DNA of 64,000 nt from Pseudomonadota bacterium (GCA_039714975.1 JBDLIH010000003.1:10197-74196); one strand, 5' to 3'; shown: positions 44,668 to 57,937, counted from the stretch's first letter. Numbers and translations are program-made. The notes: generated from the sequence alone by a model not told the origin.

Positions 44668-46068
44668 TCAGGGAATGGCTTCCAGCCGTTGCCGTGCGGC
44701 ACTCACTGCCTTGCGTACCTGCTCGGGTGCGGTTCCGCCCGGATGGTTGCGTGCCGCCATGGAACCCTCCAGCTTGAGTACTGCGAATACGTCGTTTTCA
44801 ATCTCGCCGGAAAAGGTTTGCAACTCCTGCAATGACATGACGGACAAATCCCTGTTGCTGTCGATGCCAAAGCGTACGGCGCGGCCAACGATTTCATGTG
44901 CATCCCGGAAGGCAATGCCCTTGCGTACCAGGTAATCGGCAAGATCTGTGGCCGTTGAAAAGCCCTGTAATGCGGCGCTGGCCATGCTGTCACGATGTAC
45001 GGTGACCGCGGGCATCATGTCGCCGAATACACGCAGTGAACCCTGCAGGGTATCGATGGTATCGAACAAAGGTTCCTTGTCTTCCTGATTGTCCTTGTTA
45101 TAGGCGAGCGGCTGGCCCTTCATCAGCATCAACAGGCTGACCAGGTGCCCGGTCACCCGGCCGCTCTTGCCGCGGACCAGTTCCGGAACGTCCGGGTTTT
45201 TCTTTTGCGGCATGATGCTGGAGCCGGTACAGAAGCGGTCCGGCAGTTCAATAAAGTTAAATTGTGCCGATGACCAGAGTATCAGCTCCTCTGAAAAACG
45301 GGACAGGTGCATCATGACAAGTGCCGCTGCCGCACTGAATTCAATGACGAAATCCCGGTCACTGACGGCGTCCAGTGAATTGGCAGCGACACTGTCAAAG
45401 CCAAGCAGCCCTGCCGTATATTCCCGGTCAATGGGAAAACCGGTCCCGGCCAGCGCCGCTGCACCCAGCGGCATCACATTGATCCGTTTACGCACATCGA
45501 GCAGGCGCTGATGATCACGCGCCAGCATCGCTTCCCAAGCCAGCATGTGATGCCCGAAGCTGACAGGCATGGCCACCTGCAGGTGGGTAAAGCCCGGCAT
45601 AATCGTGTCGGCTTCACGCGCGGCGATATCGACCAGTGCGGTCTGCAGCCGGTTGATTGCACGGCACAGGCTGTCAACTTCATCCCGCAGATAGAGCCGC
45701 AGATCGGTCGCGACCTGGTCATTACGGGAACGGCCGGTATGGAGCTTTTTCCCGGTCTCGCCGATGCGCTCGATGAGCCGCGCCTCGATATTCATGTGTA
45801 TATCTTCGAGTGCTGTGGACCAGGCAAAATCGCCCGCCTCGATGTCGGCGAGGATGCCTTCCAGCCCGTCCACGATGTCAGCGCTTTCGGCCTCACTGAT
45901 AATGCCGACATGCGCCAGCATGCGCGCATGTGCAATGGAGCCGGCGATATCGTGCCGGTAGAGCCGCCGGTCAAAGTCGATCGATGCGGTAAAGTCCTCG
46001 ACGAATGCGTCCGTCGACTCGGTGAAGCGCCCGCCCCAGGGCTTTTCTGAAGGATTGTCGTCTGTCAT
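44668..46068 (-). CDS. argH: Argininosuccinate lyase
   Basis: Conserved [20 protein letters not shown]-terminus at ATG 46068 and the fumarate-lyase signature [12 protein letters not shown]. The ORF upstream extension to 46332 is non-conserved. Confidence 0.93.
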   Translation of the reverse strand: MTDDNPSEKPWGGRFTESTDAFVEDFTASIDFDRRLYRHDIAGSIAHARMLAHVGIISEAESADIVDGLEGILADIEAGDFAWSTALEDIHMNIEARLIERIGETGKKLHTGRSRNDQVATDLRLYLRDEVDSLCRAINRLQTALVDIAAREADTIMPGFTHLQVAMPVSFGHHMLAWEAMLARDHQRLLDVRKRINVMPLGAAALAGTGFPIDREYTAGLLGFDSVAANSLDAVSDRDFVIEFSAAAALVMMHLSRFSEELILWSSAQFNFIELPDRFCTGSSIMPQKKNPDVPELVRGKSGRVTGHLVSLLMLMKGQPLAYNKDNQEDKEPLFDTIDTLQGSLRVFGDMMPAVTVHRDSMASAALQGFSTATDLADYLVRKGIAFRDAHEIVGRAVRFGIDSNRDLSVMSLQELQTFSGEIENDVFAVLKLEGSMAARNHPGGTAPEQVRKAVSAARQRLEAIP

Positions 46069-46211
46069 GTGGTTAACCGGAATGCCTGTTTTGCCGCAGT
46101 ATAACCAATCCGGGTCTGGTTTGCGTTTGCTAACTGCGCAGCGGTTAACAGCAGTAGGGCGAGTGACGTGAAACACTTGCATGCCGGGAAGACAGGGTTG
46201 ACACTGCTGCC

Positions 46212-47288
46212 ATGAGTTCAGACCAGCCAGCTGAAAATATCGCCATCGAGACGGCCGAGTCGTTCTTTCTGCCCAGCTTCTGTGATGTACGTATGGTGTT
46301 TGCGGTTGTGGTGATTGCCGAGTTGCTGGCATTTATCATGACCCTGGTAAGTCCGGGCGTACTGGAAAATCCGTGGGAAAATCTCGGCCTGATCTCGGTA
46401 TTCATGCAGTGGGTCTCACTGACCAGTGCGGCCCTGCTGTGTGTGTCCCGGCCGATGCTGGCGCGTCTGGGTAATGCGGTGGCTGCCCTGGTGAGCTACC
46501 TTCTGGTGTTGCTGGTCACGGCGATTATCAGTGAACTTGCTTTCCGTTTAATGATTTCAAGTACACTGTTTCCGGATGTTGGCGTTCAGCAGCATGCCGT
46601 TTTTCTGTTGCGTAACCTGATTATCAGTGCCGTCATTGCGGCGGTCGTGTTGCGTTACCTGTATGTTCAGTTCCAGTGGCGGCAGCAACTGAAGGCCGAA
46701 GCACGTGCGCGAATCCAGGCCCTGCAGGCACGGATACGCCCGCATTTTCTGTTTAACAGCATGAATACCATCGCCGCATTGACCCGCACTGCGCCAGAGC
46801 TTGCTGAAGCTGCCACAGAAGATCTGTCCGACCTGTTTCGTGCATCGTTAAACAGTTCACACGAACAGAGCACCCTGGCGGATGAACTGACACTGGCAAA
46901 CCGTTATCTCAATATTGAAACCCTGCGTCTCGGCGAACGTCTGTCAGTGCAGTGGAACATGGAGAGGATACCGCCGGGTGTAAGCATGCCCCCGTTGACC
47001 CTGCAGCCGCTGCTGGAGAACGCGATCTATCACGGGATCGAACGACTGCCCGAGGGCGGGACCATCCATGTCAGTGGCGATTGTCAGCAGGACAGTGTGG
47101 AAATTGCTATCAGTAATCCGGTACCGGATGCCACACGCGGCGGGCAGCACGAGGGTAACCGTATTGCCCAGGAAAACATCCGGCAACGGCTGCAGATCGC
47201 TTTTGGCGGGCGTGCAGCGCTGTTAACCTCACTTGAGGATGGTGTGTATACCGTCATTCTCAGGTTCCCGGAGGTGGGTATCGCATGA
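46212..47288 (+). CDS. algZ: LytS/AlgZ(FimS)-type sensor histidine kinase
   Basis: N-terminal TM region. His_kinase motif [17 protein letters not shown]. HATPase [12 protein letters not shown]. argH-algZ-algR-hemCD synteny. Confidence 0.85.
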   Translation: MSSDQPAENIAIETAESFFLPSFCDVRMVFAVVVIAELLAFIMTLVSPGVLENPWENLGLISVFMQWVSLTSAALLCVSRPMLARLGNAVAALVSYLLVLLVTAIISELAFRLMISSTLFPDVGVQQHAVFLLRNLIISAVIAAVVLRYLYVQFQWRQQLKAEARARIQALQARIRPHFLFNSMNTIAALTRTAPELAEAATEDLSDLFRASLNSSHEQSTLADELTLANRYLNIETLRLGERLSVQWNMERIPPGVSMPPLTLQPLLENAIYHGIERLPEGGTIHVSGDCQQDSVEIAISNPVPDATRGGQHEGNRIAQENIRQRLQIAFGGRAALLTSLEDGVYTVILRFPEVGIA

Positions 47289-48025
47289 AAGTACTGGTTG
47301 TTGACGATGAAGCACCGGCACGCGCACGATTGCGGGGAATGCTGGAGGAAATCGGTGGCTATGAGGTTTGTGGTGAAGCGGCCAATGGTCGTGAAACGCT
47401 GGAACATTGCGAGAAACACCAGCCGGATGTACTGCTACTGGATATCCGGATGCCGGGAATAGACGGGCTGGAGGCGGCACAGCATCTGCAGTCCTTGCAG
47501 CAGCCACCGGCCATCATATTTACCACGGCCTACAATGATTATGCGCTGCAGGCATTCGAGACGCATGCCGTTGATTACCTGTTGAAACCGGTACGACTGG
47601 AACGTCTGCAAGAAGCGCTGCTGCATGCGCGGCGCCTGACACGGGTTCAGGCGGCATCTGTGCAAGAGGGCGGGGAGCAATCCGGCAAACGGCAGCGTAT
47701 TTGTGCAAATGTACGTGGCAGCCTGCAACTCATTCCGGTTGAAGAGATACGGTATTTTCAGGCTGACCAGAAATATGTCGTCGTTGGTACGGGTGAAACA
47801 CAATTGCTGATCGAGGAGACCCTGAAGTCACTGGAACAGGAATTCGCCGATCAGTTTGTGCGTATCCATCGTAACGCGCTGGTAGCCAGGCATTACATTA
47901 TCGGGCTTGGAAAAGACGAGGATGGACATGCGCAGGTAAGTCTGGCGGGGGTTGAGCAGACACTGGAAGTCAGCCGGCGCCACATTGCCGATGTTCGCAA
48001 GCTCGTCAAGGCACTGCAGTCCTGA
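47285..48025 (+). CDS. algR: LytTR-family response regulator AlgR
   Basis: Receiver domain MKVLVVDDE...DIRMP plus a C-terminal LytTR DNA-binding domain; 4-nt overlap with algZ. Confidence 0.88.
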   Translation: MKVLVVDDEAPARARLRGMLEEIGGYEVCGEAANGRETLEHCEKHQPDVLLLDIRMPGIDGLEAAQHLQSLQQPPAIIFTTAYNDYALQAFETHAVDYLLKPVRLERLQEALLHARRLTRVQAASVQEGGEQSGKRQRICANVRGSLQLIPVEEIRYFQADQKYVVVGTGETQLLIEETLKSLEQEFADQFVRIHRNALVARHYIIGLGKDEDGHAQVSLAGVEQTLEVSRRHIADVRKLVKALQS

Positions 48026-48566
48026 AGATCGTATCGCTGTTTGCAGCATGCTCCAGCTGACAGCCGCTTATGCTGGCGGCCATCCCGGGATTCCTGATCT
48101 GCAGCAAGGCCGTCTCAATGCAGGCGTCCAGGTAGCCGCCAAACAGTTCCGGTGTATTAATACCGACCATGCGTTCGGCAAGCTCCTTGCCGTTACCGTC
48201 GACAAACAACAGGGTCGGCGTAACGAATACCCGGTAGCGGTCAGAGAGTTCGCTGCCAGTGACCCGCTGACCATTAAAACCGGTGACGGTGTTGCCATAG
48301 TCCACTTCCAGTTTCCGGATAATGACCTTGTCACGGTATTCTCCGCCAAGCAGCATGGGTTGCAGGAAATCCTGTTCCAGCTGTTCACAGTAACTGCATA
48401 TCATTGAAGTGAATGTCAGCAGTATCGGCAGTTCCCGGGAGAGCGCCTGGTTGCCGTCTCGCTGCAGGTCGGTTGCAACAGGCACGGTCACCTCTGCATG
48501 CAGGGTGGTGATTGCCAGCCACAATGAGGCAGCCAGGAACGCAAGCAGCTTGTATAATCGTTTCAC
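48006..48566 (-). CDS. Secreted thioredoxin-fold protein (CxxC motif CSYC)
   Basis: Signal peptide MKRLYKLLAFLAASLWLAITTLHA; the CxxC motif CSYC; 186 aa. Its 3' end overlaps the algR 3' end by 20 nt (convergent). Confidence 0.6.
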   Translation of the reverse strand: MKRLYKLLAFLAASLWLAITTLHAEVTVPVATDLQRDGNQALSRELPILLTFTSMICSYCEQLEQDFLQPMLLGGEYRDKVIIRKLEVDYGNTVTGFNGQRVTGSELSDRYRVFVTPTLLFVDGNGKELAERMVGINTPELFGGYLDACIETALLQIRNPGMAASISGCQLEHAANSDTIFRTAVP

Positions 48567-48594
48567 TAACCCCTATTAAGTGGCGAGATAGCTA

Positions 48595-49530
48595 TTGATG
48601 TCAACAGAACCAATACGTATTGCAACACGTAAAAGTCCGCTTGCCTTGTGGCAGGCAGAGCATGTGCGTGACCGATTGCTGGCCTTGCATCCCGGGCTGC
48701 AGGTCGAATTACTGAAGATGAGCACCCAGGGTGATCGCATCCTGGACAGTCCGCTGGCAAAGATTGGTGGCAAGGGCCTGTTCGTAAAGGAACTGGAGCA
48801 GGGCATGCTGGATGGCCGTGCGGATCTTGCCGTGCATTCAATGAAGGACGTGCCGGCCGAGTTACCGGCCGGGCTGTGCCTTGGTGCCATACTGGAACGC
48901 GAGGATCCCCGGGATGCCTTTGTCTCCAGGCAGTACTCATGCGTTGATGATTTGCCTGCAGGCGCACGTGTGGGGACTTCCAGCCTGCGACGCCAGTGCC
49001 AGTTGCGTGCCGGGCGCCCCGACCTGCAGATTCTGGACCTGCGTGGCAATGTGGGTACCCGCCTCGGCAAGCTGGATGCCGGGGATTATGACGCGATCGT
49101 GCTGGCCTGCGCCGGCCTGAAACGCCTCGGTTTGTCAGAGCGCATCACCCGTGCATTGACGCCTGAAGAAATGTTACCGGCAATTGCCCAGGGCGTGATT
49201 GGTATTGAATGCCGCGTTGATGATGCGCGCGTCAGAAGCCTGATCGAGCCATTGAACCATCATGAAACAGGGCAGCGGACAGAGGCCGAACGTGCCATGA
49301 ATGCCACGCTGGCAGGTGGTTGCCAGGCGCCGGTCGCCGGGTATTCGCTACTGAATGCCGGTGTTCTTGAACTGCGTGGTCTGGTGGGTCAGCCGGATGG
49401 CAGCAAGGTCATTCGCGGTGACGTCCGTGGTTCTGCGGTGCATGCCGAGGTACTGGGGAAACAACTTGCCGAGGATTTGTTATCACGCGGTGCCCGCACG
49501 ATTCTTGATGAGTTGCTGAATGACGGCTAG
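48595..49530 (+). CDS. hemC: Porphobilinogen deaminase (hydroxymethylbilane synthase)
   Basis: 311 aa. [18 protein letters not shown] and [13 protein letters not shown] motifs. Confidence 0.95.
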   Translation: MMSTEPIRIATRKSPLALWQAEHVRDRLLALHPGLQVELLKMSTQGDRILDSPLAKIGGKGLFVKELEQGMLDGRADLAVHSMKDVPAELPAGLCLGAILEREDPRDAFVSRQYSCVDDLPAGARVGTSSLRRQCQLRAGRPDLQILDLRGNVGTRLGKLDAGDYDAIVLACAGLKRLGLSERITRALTPEEMLPAIAQGVIGIECRVDDARVRSLIEPLNHHETGQRTEAERAMNATLAGGCQAPVAGYSLLNAGVLELRGLVGQPDGSKVIRGDVRGSAVHAEVLGKQLAEDLLSRGARTILDELLNDG

Positions 49531-50266
49531 ACGTATACTGGTCACGCGGCCAGCCGCGCAGGCGAGGCATCTGTGCAGCTTGCTTGAAGCGGCAGGCCAT
49601 GAGGCCATTTCCCTGCCGAGCATCGAAATTCTCAAGCCCGCTGATAACTACCGGATTGAAGCGCTGACAGATATGCTTGAGGAATATGACCTGGCGGTAT
49701 TCGTCAGTGTCAATGCCGTCAGAATGGGCGTTGAGTTTATCCTCAATCGGCGCGACTGGCCCGAGAATACCCGTATTGCCACGGTCGGTGCGTCTTCCGC
49801 AGAAGCCCTGTTGCCATACGGGCTGTCAGTCGACGTGGTGCCCGAACATCAGTATAGCAGCGAGGCCTTGCTGGCACTGGACGAGCTTCAGGATATGTCG
49901 GGTCAGTGTGTCGTCATATTCCGTGGCAACGGTGGTCGTGAATTACTGCGCGATACGCTGCTTGCACGCGGTGCTGATGTTGACTATGTAGAGGTTTATC
50001 AGCGTGCCTGTCCGGCAGTGGATGCGCAACGCATGCAGACACTGTTACAACCGGATTACCTTGATTGCATCACGATTACCAGTAACGAGGCATTGCAGAA
50101 CCTGTATGCCATGGCCGGACCCGAAGGACAGCCGCTGTTACTGAAAATTCCACTGGTCGTTATCGGTCATCGCCAGGCAAGGCTGGCGCAGCAACTGGGG
50201 TTTGTTCAGCAGCCGGTTATCGCGGCCAATGCAGGCGACGAAGCGATCGTTGCGGCCATTCAATAA
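49520..50266 (+). CDS. hemD: Uroporphyrinogen-III synthase
   Basis: 248 aa HEM4 fold. It overlaps the hemC stop and hemC-hemD synteny holds. Confidence 0.85.
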   Translation: MTARRILVTRPAAQARHLCSLLEAAGHEAISLPSIEILKPADNYRIEALTDMLEEYDLAVFVSVNAVRMGVEFILNRRDWPENTRIATVGASSAEALLPYGLSVDVVPEHQYSSEALLALDELQDMSGQCVVIFRGNGGRELLRDTLLARGADVDYVEVYQRACPAVDAQRMQTLLQPDYLDCITITSNEALQNLYAMAGPEGQPLLLKIPLVVIGHRQARLAQQLGFVQQPVIAANAGDEAIVAAIQ

Positions 50267-50274
50267 CGCTGGAT

Positions 50275-51303
50275 TTATTTCAGCTTGTCAGAGGGCGCGG
50301 CGTATTCGAAGGCGTCTGAAAAGAAGCGGTTTTCATCCAGGCCGTGCTTCAGGAACAGCCTGTGTCCGGCCTCTACCATCACCGGTGGCCCACTCATGTA
50401 GACGTCGTATCCCGACAGGTCCGGGTACTGCCTGACGACGCTGTCGCTCACAAAGCCGGTTTCACCCTGCCAGTTGTCCGCGGCGACAGGTTCAGACAGG
50501 ACCGGGGTGTAGTGGAAATTATCATGAGACTGCTGCCATTGCTCGGGTAGTGCCTTCAGGTACAAATCACGTGTGGCGCGTACTCCCCAGAACAGGTGCA
50601 GGGGCTTGTCGATTGACGTATAAAAGGCGTGTTCCAGCATTCCCTTGAGTGGAGCAAAGCCGGTGCCGCCACCGATAAGGATCGCGGGACGTTCACTGTT
50701 TTCACGCAGAAAAAAAGTACCCAGGGGGCCCTTTATGCGCAGCATGGCTTTTTCCTGCATCTGGTTGAATACCTGTGCACTGAAATAGCCGCCGCTTACA
50801 TTGCGAATGTGCAGTTCGATAAAGTCATCATCATGCGGCGCATTGGCAATTGAAAACGCACGCGGCGCATGGTCCTTGAGGAGCACGTCAATGTACTGAC
50901 CGGCAAGAAACTGCAAGCGTTCGGATTCAGGGATTTTCAGATAAATGCGGATGACGTCATGTGCCAGGTGTTCAAGTCTGTTGACCCGGCAGGGCAGGGT
51001 TCTGACCTCGATGTCCCTGGCGGCATCGACTTCACGTACTTTTATGGTCAGGTCAGTGTTTGGCCGCGCCTGGCAGAACAGAACCTTGTTCCTTGCGGCG
51101 TCTTCGGCATTGAGTGCCGCTGGCAGTCCCTGCTGGTAGTCAACCGACCCCGTGATGATGTCACCCATGCAGGAACCGCAATTACCATGGCGGCACCCGT
51201 AGGGCAGTATAATGCCCTGGCGCAACGCGGCATCGAGAACGGTCTCGGATGGCTCGACATTAAAGGTATGACCGCTGGACGCTATGGTGACCTGATAAGA
51301 CAT
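50275..51303 (-). CDS. 2Fe-2S ferredoxin / FAD-NAD(P) oxidoreductase (CDP-6-deoxy-delta-3,4-glucoseen reductase AscD-like)
   Basis: N-terminal plant-type ferredoxin CRHGNCGSC...C, then a flavin-binding RAFSIAN and NAD-binding GGTGFAP. The start is taken at MSYQVTIASS (51303). Confidence 0.75.
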   Translation of the reverse strand: MSYQVTIASSGHTFNVEPSETVLDAALRQGIILPYGCRHGNCGSCMGDIITGSVDYQQGLPAALNAEDAARNKVLFCQARPNTDLTIKVREVDAARDIEVRTLPCRVNRLEHLAHDVIRIYLKIPESERLQFLAGQYIDVLLKDHAPRAFSIANAPHDDDFIELHIRNVSGGYFSAQVFNQMQEKAMLRIKGPLGTFFLRENSERPAILIGGGTGFAPLKGMLEHAFYTSIDKPLHLFWGVRATRDLYLKALPEQWQQSHDNFHYTPVLSEPVAADNWQGETGFVSDSVVRQYPDLSGYDVYMSGPPVMVEAGHRLFLKHGLDENRFFSDAFEYAAPSDKLK

Positions 51304-51348
51304 GTAATAAAAAAACTCAACGGAAACGGGCATTGTCGCTGATTTAAT

Positions 51349-52236
51349 ATGCAAGATAAACCATATAAAACTGTGCTAATCACGGGTTGCGGCTATATCG
51401 GCAGGCGTGTGGCCGGTTTGTTGCGGGCGGAGAATTACACGGTCACGGGTTGCGTCCGCAGCAAGGAAAGTGCTGCGGAACTCGATCGTACCGGCATCCG
51501 GGCTATCACAGTTGATCTGGAACAGTCTGTGGCGAAGTCTGTATGGGCGCATGGGTTTGATGTCGTGTTTTATTTTGCACCACCTCCAGCGCAGGGAGAG
51601 CAGGACCCGCGCATGCAGACTTTTCTTCAGGCGCTGGATGTTAAGGCGCCGCCGCGTCGCATTGTCTACATCAGTACCAGTGCGGTATATGGCGATTGTC
51701 AGGGGGCATGGATAAGCGAGTCGCAGGTTGTCAACCCGGCCACGGCACGCGGTCACCGCCGCCTGGATGCAGAACAGCGGCTAAGAGCGTGGTGCCATGC
51801 ACACGACACACAATGGATACTGTTGCGTGTGCCCGGTATCTACGGGCCGGGAAAATTGCCACTGGCACGTTTGCGCAAGGGTACACCTGTATTACGTGAG
51901 CAGGATTCGCCCTATACCAACCGTATACATGCCGATGACCTGGCACATATCTGTGTGGCGGCCATCAAGAGTTCCCATGCCAACACGGTCTACAATGTCA
52001 GTGATGGCCATCCCAGCAATATGACGGATTACTTTTTCAAGGTAGCCGACGCTGCCGGGCTGCCCCGGCCACCGACCGTCAGCCGTACCGAGGCACAGGA
52101 GGTGCTTTCTGCAGGCATGCTCTCATTCCTGAAAGATTCCAGGCGCATGAGCAATTCGAAAATGCTGGATGAACTGGCAGTGACGTTGCAATACCCTGAT
52201 CTTGGTGCGGGCCTGCCATCCTGTTTTACAGCGTAA
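51349..52236 (+). CDS. NAD-dependent epimerase/dehydratase family (extended SDR) protein
   Basis: Rossmann LITGCGYIGRRV; catalytic YxxxK region (VYGD...); 295 aa. Confidence 0.8.
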   Translation: MQDKPYKTVLITGCGYIGRRVAGLLRAENYTVTGCVRSKESAAELDRTGIRAITVDLEQSVAKSVWAHGFDVVFYFAPPPAQGEQDPRMQTFLQALDVKAPPRRIVYISTSAVYGDCQGAWISESQVVNPATARGHRRLDAEQRLRAWCHAHDTQWILLRVPGIYGPGKLPLARLRKGTPVLREQDSPYTNRIHADDLAHICVAAIKSSHANTVYNVSDGHPSNMTDYFFKVADAAGLPRPPTVSRTEAQEVLSAGMLSFLKDSRRMSNSKMLDELAVTLQYPDLGAGLPSCFTA

Positions 52237-52993
52237 ATTCCGCAATAACCGGTGTATGGTCAGACGGTCGTTCCAGGCTGCGGGGTTCCTTGTCAATCAA
52301 GCAAGCAGTGCACTTGTCTGACAGGGATTGACTGGCCAGTATCAGATCAATGCGCAGTCCGTGATTACGCCTGAAACCGGCGGCTCGATAATCCCACCAG
52401 CTGTAACTTTTCCCGGGCTGATCAAACAGGCGAAAGGTATCGGTGAGGCCGAGAGCAATGATCTTTTGCAAGGCTTCGCGTTCCGGCGTGCTGCACAGAA
52501 TGCGCTCATGCCAGGCCTCCGGGTCATAAACATCACGGTCGTCAGGTGCAATATTAAAGTCACCGACGACCACGAACCGCTCATGCTGTTGCAGCTGCTC
52601 GTTGATGTACCCGGAGACCGTCTCCAGCCAGTGCAGCTTATGGGCATATTTCTCACTGCCCACTTCCTGCCCGTTGACTACATACAAATCAAGCACCCGT
52701 ACCCCGCCGATGGTGGCACCCAGTATGCGGCGTTGCGGGTCATCCAGTCCGGGAATATCGGTGATGATATCCGTTGCCGGTTGCTTGCTGATAATGGCGA
52801 CACCGTTGTAGGTCTTTTGTCCCGAGTACACTACCTGGTAACCGGCGGCCTCTATCTCATCGACGGGAAAGTTCTCGTCGGTCGTCTTGGTTTCCTGCAG
52901 ACACAGGATGTCGGCCTGTGAGGTAGCCAGCCAGTCCTGTACGTGCGGCAGACGTACCTTGAGGGAATTAACATTCCAGGTGGCAATTTTCAT
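52226..52993 (-). CDS. xthA: Exodeoxyribonuclease III
   Basis: 255 aa. MKIATWNVNSLKVR...LCLQETK is an EEP-family AP endonuclease. Confidence 0.93.
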   Translation of the reverse strand: MKIATWNVNSLKVRLPHVQDWLATSQADILCLQETKTTDENFPVDEIEAAGYQVVYSGQKTYNGVAIISKQPATDIITDIPGLDDPQRRILGATIGGVRVLDLYVVNGQEVGSEKYAHKLHWLETVSGYINEQLQQHERFVVVGDFNIAPDDRDVYDPEAWHERILCSTPEREALQKIIALGLTDTFRLFDQPGKSYSWWDYRAAGFRRNHGLRIDLILASQSLSDKCTACLIDKEPRSLERPSDHTPVIAEFTL

Positions 52994-55032
52994 TATGCCG
53001 CCAGACCGCAGTGGCGCAGCAGCGCATCAATGGTCGGTTCGCGGCCGCGGAACTCTACAAAAAGTTCCATCGGTTCGCGTGAACCGCCTTGCTCCAGTAT
53101 GCACTCGAGAAATTGTTTTCCGGTCTCACGGTTAAAGATGCCGCTTTCCTCGAAGGCTGAAAAGGCATCGGCAGACAGGACTTCTGCCCACTTGTAGCTG
53201 TAGTAACCGGCCGCGTAACCACCCCCGAAAATATGCGTGAAACCGTTTTCAAAACGATTAAATGCCGGTGGCTGTATGACAGCATACTGTTTGCGTACAT
53301 CCTGCAGCGTGGCATGGATGCGTGCGCCCTTATCTGTGTCGTAGTCGCGGTGGATGCGGAAGTCGAAAATAGCAAATTCCAGCTGTCGCATCATCTGCAT
53401 GGCAGACTGGAAATTTTTCGCCTGCTGCATGCGTTGATACAGTGTCTCCGGTATCTTTTCACCGCTTTCGAAATGACCGGAAAACAGGTCCAGCGCCTCG
53501 CGCTCCCAGCACCAGTTTTCCATGAACTGGCTGGGCAGTTCTACCGCATCCCAGGCCACGCCGCTGATACCGGATACCCCGGCATAGTCTATCTGCGTCA
53601 GCATGTGGTGCAGGCCATGTCCGAACTCATGGAACAGGGTGATGACTTCATCATGGGTAAACAGCGCGGGTTTGTCGCCGATGGGCGGTGAAAAATTACA
53701 GGTCAGATAGGCGACCGGTATCTGCAGATCCGAGGCACTGCGACGGCGGGAGATACACTCATCCATCCAGGCACCCCCGCGTTTGTGCGGGCGCGCATAC
53801 AGGTCGAGATAGAATTCGCCGCGTACTTCACCCGCATCATCCCGGATGTGATAGAAGGCAACGTCCTCGTGCCAGGTGTCGACGCCTTCAACGGCCTCGA
53901 TTTGCAGCCCGTACAGCCGGCCAACGATGGCAAACAAGCCGCTGACAACGCGCGGTTCTGGGAAATAGGGTTTCAGTTCTTCCTGTGAAATGGCGTATTT
54001 TTTCTGCCGCAGTTTTTCCGAGTAATAGGGTATGTCCCAGGCCAGCAGGTCTTCGTGGTCATGGTGCTCGCGGGCAAAGTTGCGAACCTCTTCCAGTTCG
54101 CGTTGTGCGGCAGGTCTTGAGCGTTCCGCCAGGTCTTCCAGGAAGCCCATGACCTGGTCAGTTGATTCCGCCATCTTGGTGGCCAGGGAGCGTTCTGCAT
54201 AGTTGCAGTACTCCAGTAACTGCGCGGCTTCGTGGCGCAGCGCCATGATCTTTTCCATGGTTTCGGTATTGTCCCACTGGTCGGCATGCGGGCCCTGGCC
54301 GGAGGCACGTGTTACATAGGCGGAATACAGTTCTTCACGCAATTCACGGTTGTCGGCGTAGGTCAAAACCGGGTAATACGAGGGAAATTCCAGTGTAAGC
54401 ACCCATCCATCCAGCTCGCGCTGTTCGGCTGTTTGCCTGGCCAGTGAGCGCGCACTTTCGGGCAGCCCCGTGAGCAGGGACTCGTCCGTCAACTGCTTAT
54501 ACCAGGCATTGGTGGCATCCAGCACGTTGTCACTGTATTGCGAGGTGAGCCTTGAGAGTTCCTGCTGTATGGTCTTGTAGCGATCGCGGGCAGCCTGGTC
54601 CAGTTCGATGCCGGAGAGACGGAAATCCCGCAGCGCATTATTGATGACCTTTTTTTGTGCCGTGTCGAGGCGCTGGTATTCGTCGCCATCCGCAATAGCC
54701 CGGTAGGCCCTGAACAGACCCTCGTGTTGTCCCATTTCGGTGCCGTATTCACTGAGGATGGGCAGGCATTCATTATAGGTCTCACGCAATGCCTCACTGT
54801 TGACGACCGAGTTCATATGGCTGACCGGCGACCAGGCACGATTGATACGGTCGTCCATCTCATCCAGCGGTTCGACAAGATTATCCCAGCTATACCGGCT
54901 GTTCTGCAGCAGCAGTTGTTCAACCAGTTGTCGACTCTCGGCCAGCAGGGCCTCTATGGCCGGCTTCACATGTTCCGGTTTGATCTTTGAGAAAGGCGGC
55001 AGGCCGTTCTGGTCCAGCAGGGGATTCGTCAT
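52993..55032 (-). CDS. prlC: Oligopeptidase A (M3 family)
   Basis: 679 aa. HEFGHGLHH zinc motif and an OpdA-type N-terminus MTNPLL...LPPF. Confidence 0.93.
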   Translation of the reverse strand: MTNPLLDQNGLPPFSKIKPEHVKPAIEALLAESRQLVEQLLLQNSRYSWDNLVEPLDEMDDRINRAWSPVSHMNSVVNSEALRETYNECLPILSEYGTEMGQHEGLFRAYRAIADGDEYQRLDTAQKKVINNALRDFRLSGIELDQAARDRYKTIQQELSRLTSQYSDNVLDATNAWYKQLTDESLLTGLPESARSLARQTAEQRELDGWVLTLEFPSYYPVLTYADNRELREELYSAYVTRASGQGPHADQWDNTETMEKIMALRHEAAQLLEYCNYAERSLATKMAESTDQVMGFLEDLAERSRPAAQRELEEVRNFAREHHDHEDLLAWDIPYYSEKLRQKKYAISQEELKPYFPEPRVVSGLFAIVGRLYGLQIEAVEGVDTWHEDVAFYHIRDDAGEVRGEFYLDLYARPHKRGGAWMDECISRRRSASDLQIPVAYLTCNFSPPIGDKPALFTHDEVITLFHEFGHGLHHMLTQIDYAGVSGISGVAWDAVELPSQFMENWCWEREALDLFSGHFESGEKIPETLYQRMQQAKNFQSAMQMMRQLEFAIFDFRIHRDYDTDKGARIHATLQDVRKQYAVIQPPAFNRFENGFTHIFGGGYAAGYYSYKWAEVLSADAFSAFEESGIFNRETGKQFLECILEQGGSREPMELFVEFRGREPTIDALLRHCGLAA

Positions 55033-55175
55033 TCGTATATTACCTCGTTATTTGCGGGTGTAATGCCTACGGGCTCGCTCGTTAAAGTGTACTGTCTGAT
55101 ACTATCCGGCGGTAGTTCTTTTCAGATGGGTGCTATATTCGGCAGTCATTGTCAGGTACGTAACAGGGGTAGTTT

Positions 55176-55709
55176 GTGAGTGTAAGAAAATTTGAGAGTA
55201 GTGAACCGCGTATCGCGAACAGCGCCTACGTGGATGAAACGGCGCTGGTAATCGGTAATGTTACACTCGAGGAAGATGTCTCGCTGTGGCCAAAGGTGGT
55301 TGCCCGGGGTGATGTCAATTCCATTGTCATCGGGGCGCGGACCAACATACAGGACGGCAGCATTTTACATGTCAGTCATGACAGTGAATTTGCACCCGGT
55401 GGATTTGCCTTGCACATCGGTGCCGATATCACGGTGGGCCACCAGGCTATATTGCATGGCTGTACTGTGGAAGATCGTTGCCTGATTGGCATGGCAGCCA
55501 CTGTTATGGATGGTGCGGTTATCCATTCGGGCGCTATCGTGGGTGCCGGTAGCCTGGTGCCACCCGGCCGGGAGCTTGAGGGTGGTTTCCTCTGGGTGGG
55601 TTCACCCGCACGCAAGGCGCGTGCTTTACGTCCGGAAGAAGAGGGTTTCCTTGATTATTCTGCGGCACATTATGTGGAGCTGAAAAACCGTCACCGGGCC
55701 AATCGCTGA
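55176..55709 (+). CDS. Gamma-class carbonic anhydrase family protein (hexapeptide repeat, YrdA/PaaY-like)
   Basis: 177 aa. Left-handed beta-helix hexapeptide repeats; conserved His ligands (HVSHD, HGC). Confidence 0.85.
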   Translation: MSVRKFESSEPRIANSAYVDETALVIGNVTLEEDVSLWPKVVARGDVNSIVIGARTNIQDGSILHVSHDSEFAPGGFALHIGADITVGHQAILHGCTVEDRCLIGMAATVMDGAVIHSGAIVGAGSLVPPGRELEGGFLWVGSPARKARALRPEEEGFLDYSAAHYVELKNRHRANR

Positions 55710-57595
<1,886 letters not shown>

Positions 57596-57888
57596 CTACA
57601 GTTTACCGTGACCGGTGAGCGTGGTCAGTTAGAATCTTATCGATGACGACCCGGTTTATTAAGAGCCTATAAAACACATTATTATCAATAGGATAAGCTA
57701 TATGTTCCACGCGTGTGATGAGTGCTAAAGATTGTCATCCTGGCGCCGATAGCCAATTCAGACAGTGATTCAATAGTGCACTGTGACATGGTTCCTGAAA
57801 TATGAAGGCAGTACAGGATCTATCTCAGAGAAGATTTTGTCATGCACAGCAGTAGAAAGGCTCCTCCGACGCTGAAAAGCGTTTTCAA

Positions 57889-57912
57889 CCCGCCGAAAGG
57901 CGGGTTTTTTTT
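57889..57912 (+). terminator. Rho-independent terminator-like hairpin (CCCGCC-GAAA-GGCGGG + T8), possibly bidirectional
   Basis: A perfect 6-bp GC stem with a GAAA tetraloop and an 8-T run on the plus strand. It lies 26 bp downstream of the minus-strand cytochrome c gene stop. Confidence 0.6.
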
Positions 57913-57937
57913 GCCTGCAGGGTGTGAGCATACTGGC

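Noticed and set aside
44668-46332. Full 554-aa argH ORF
   Set aside because: The upstream 88 codons are non-conserved. The canonical ArgH N-terminus starts at ATG 46068.
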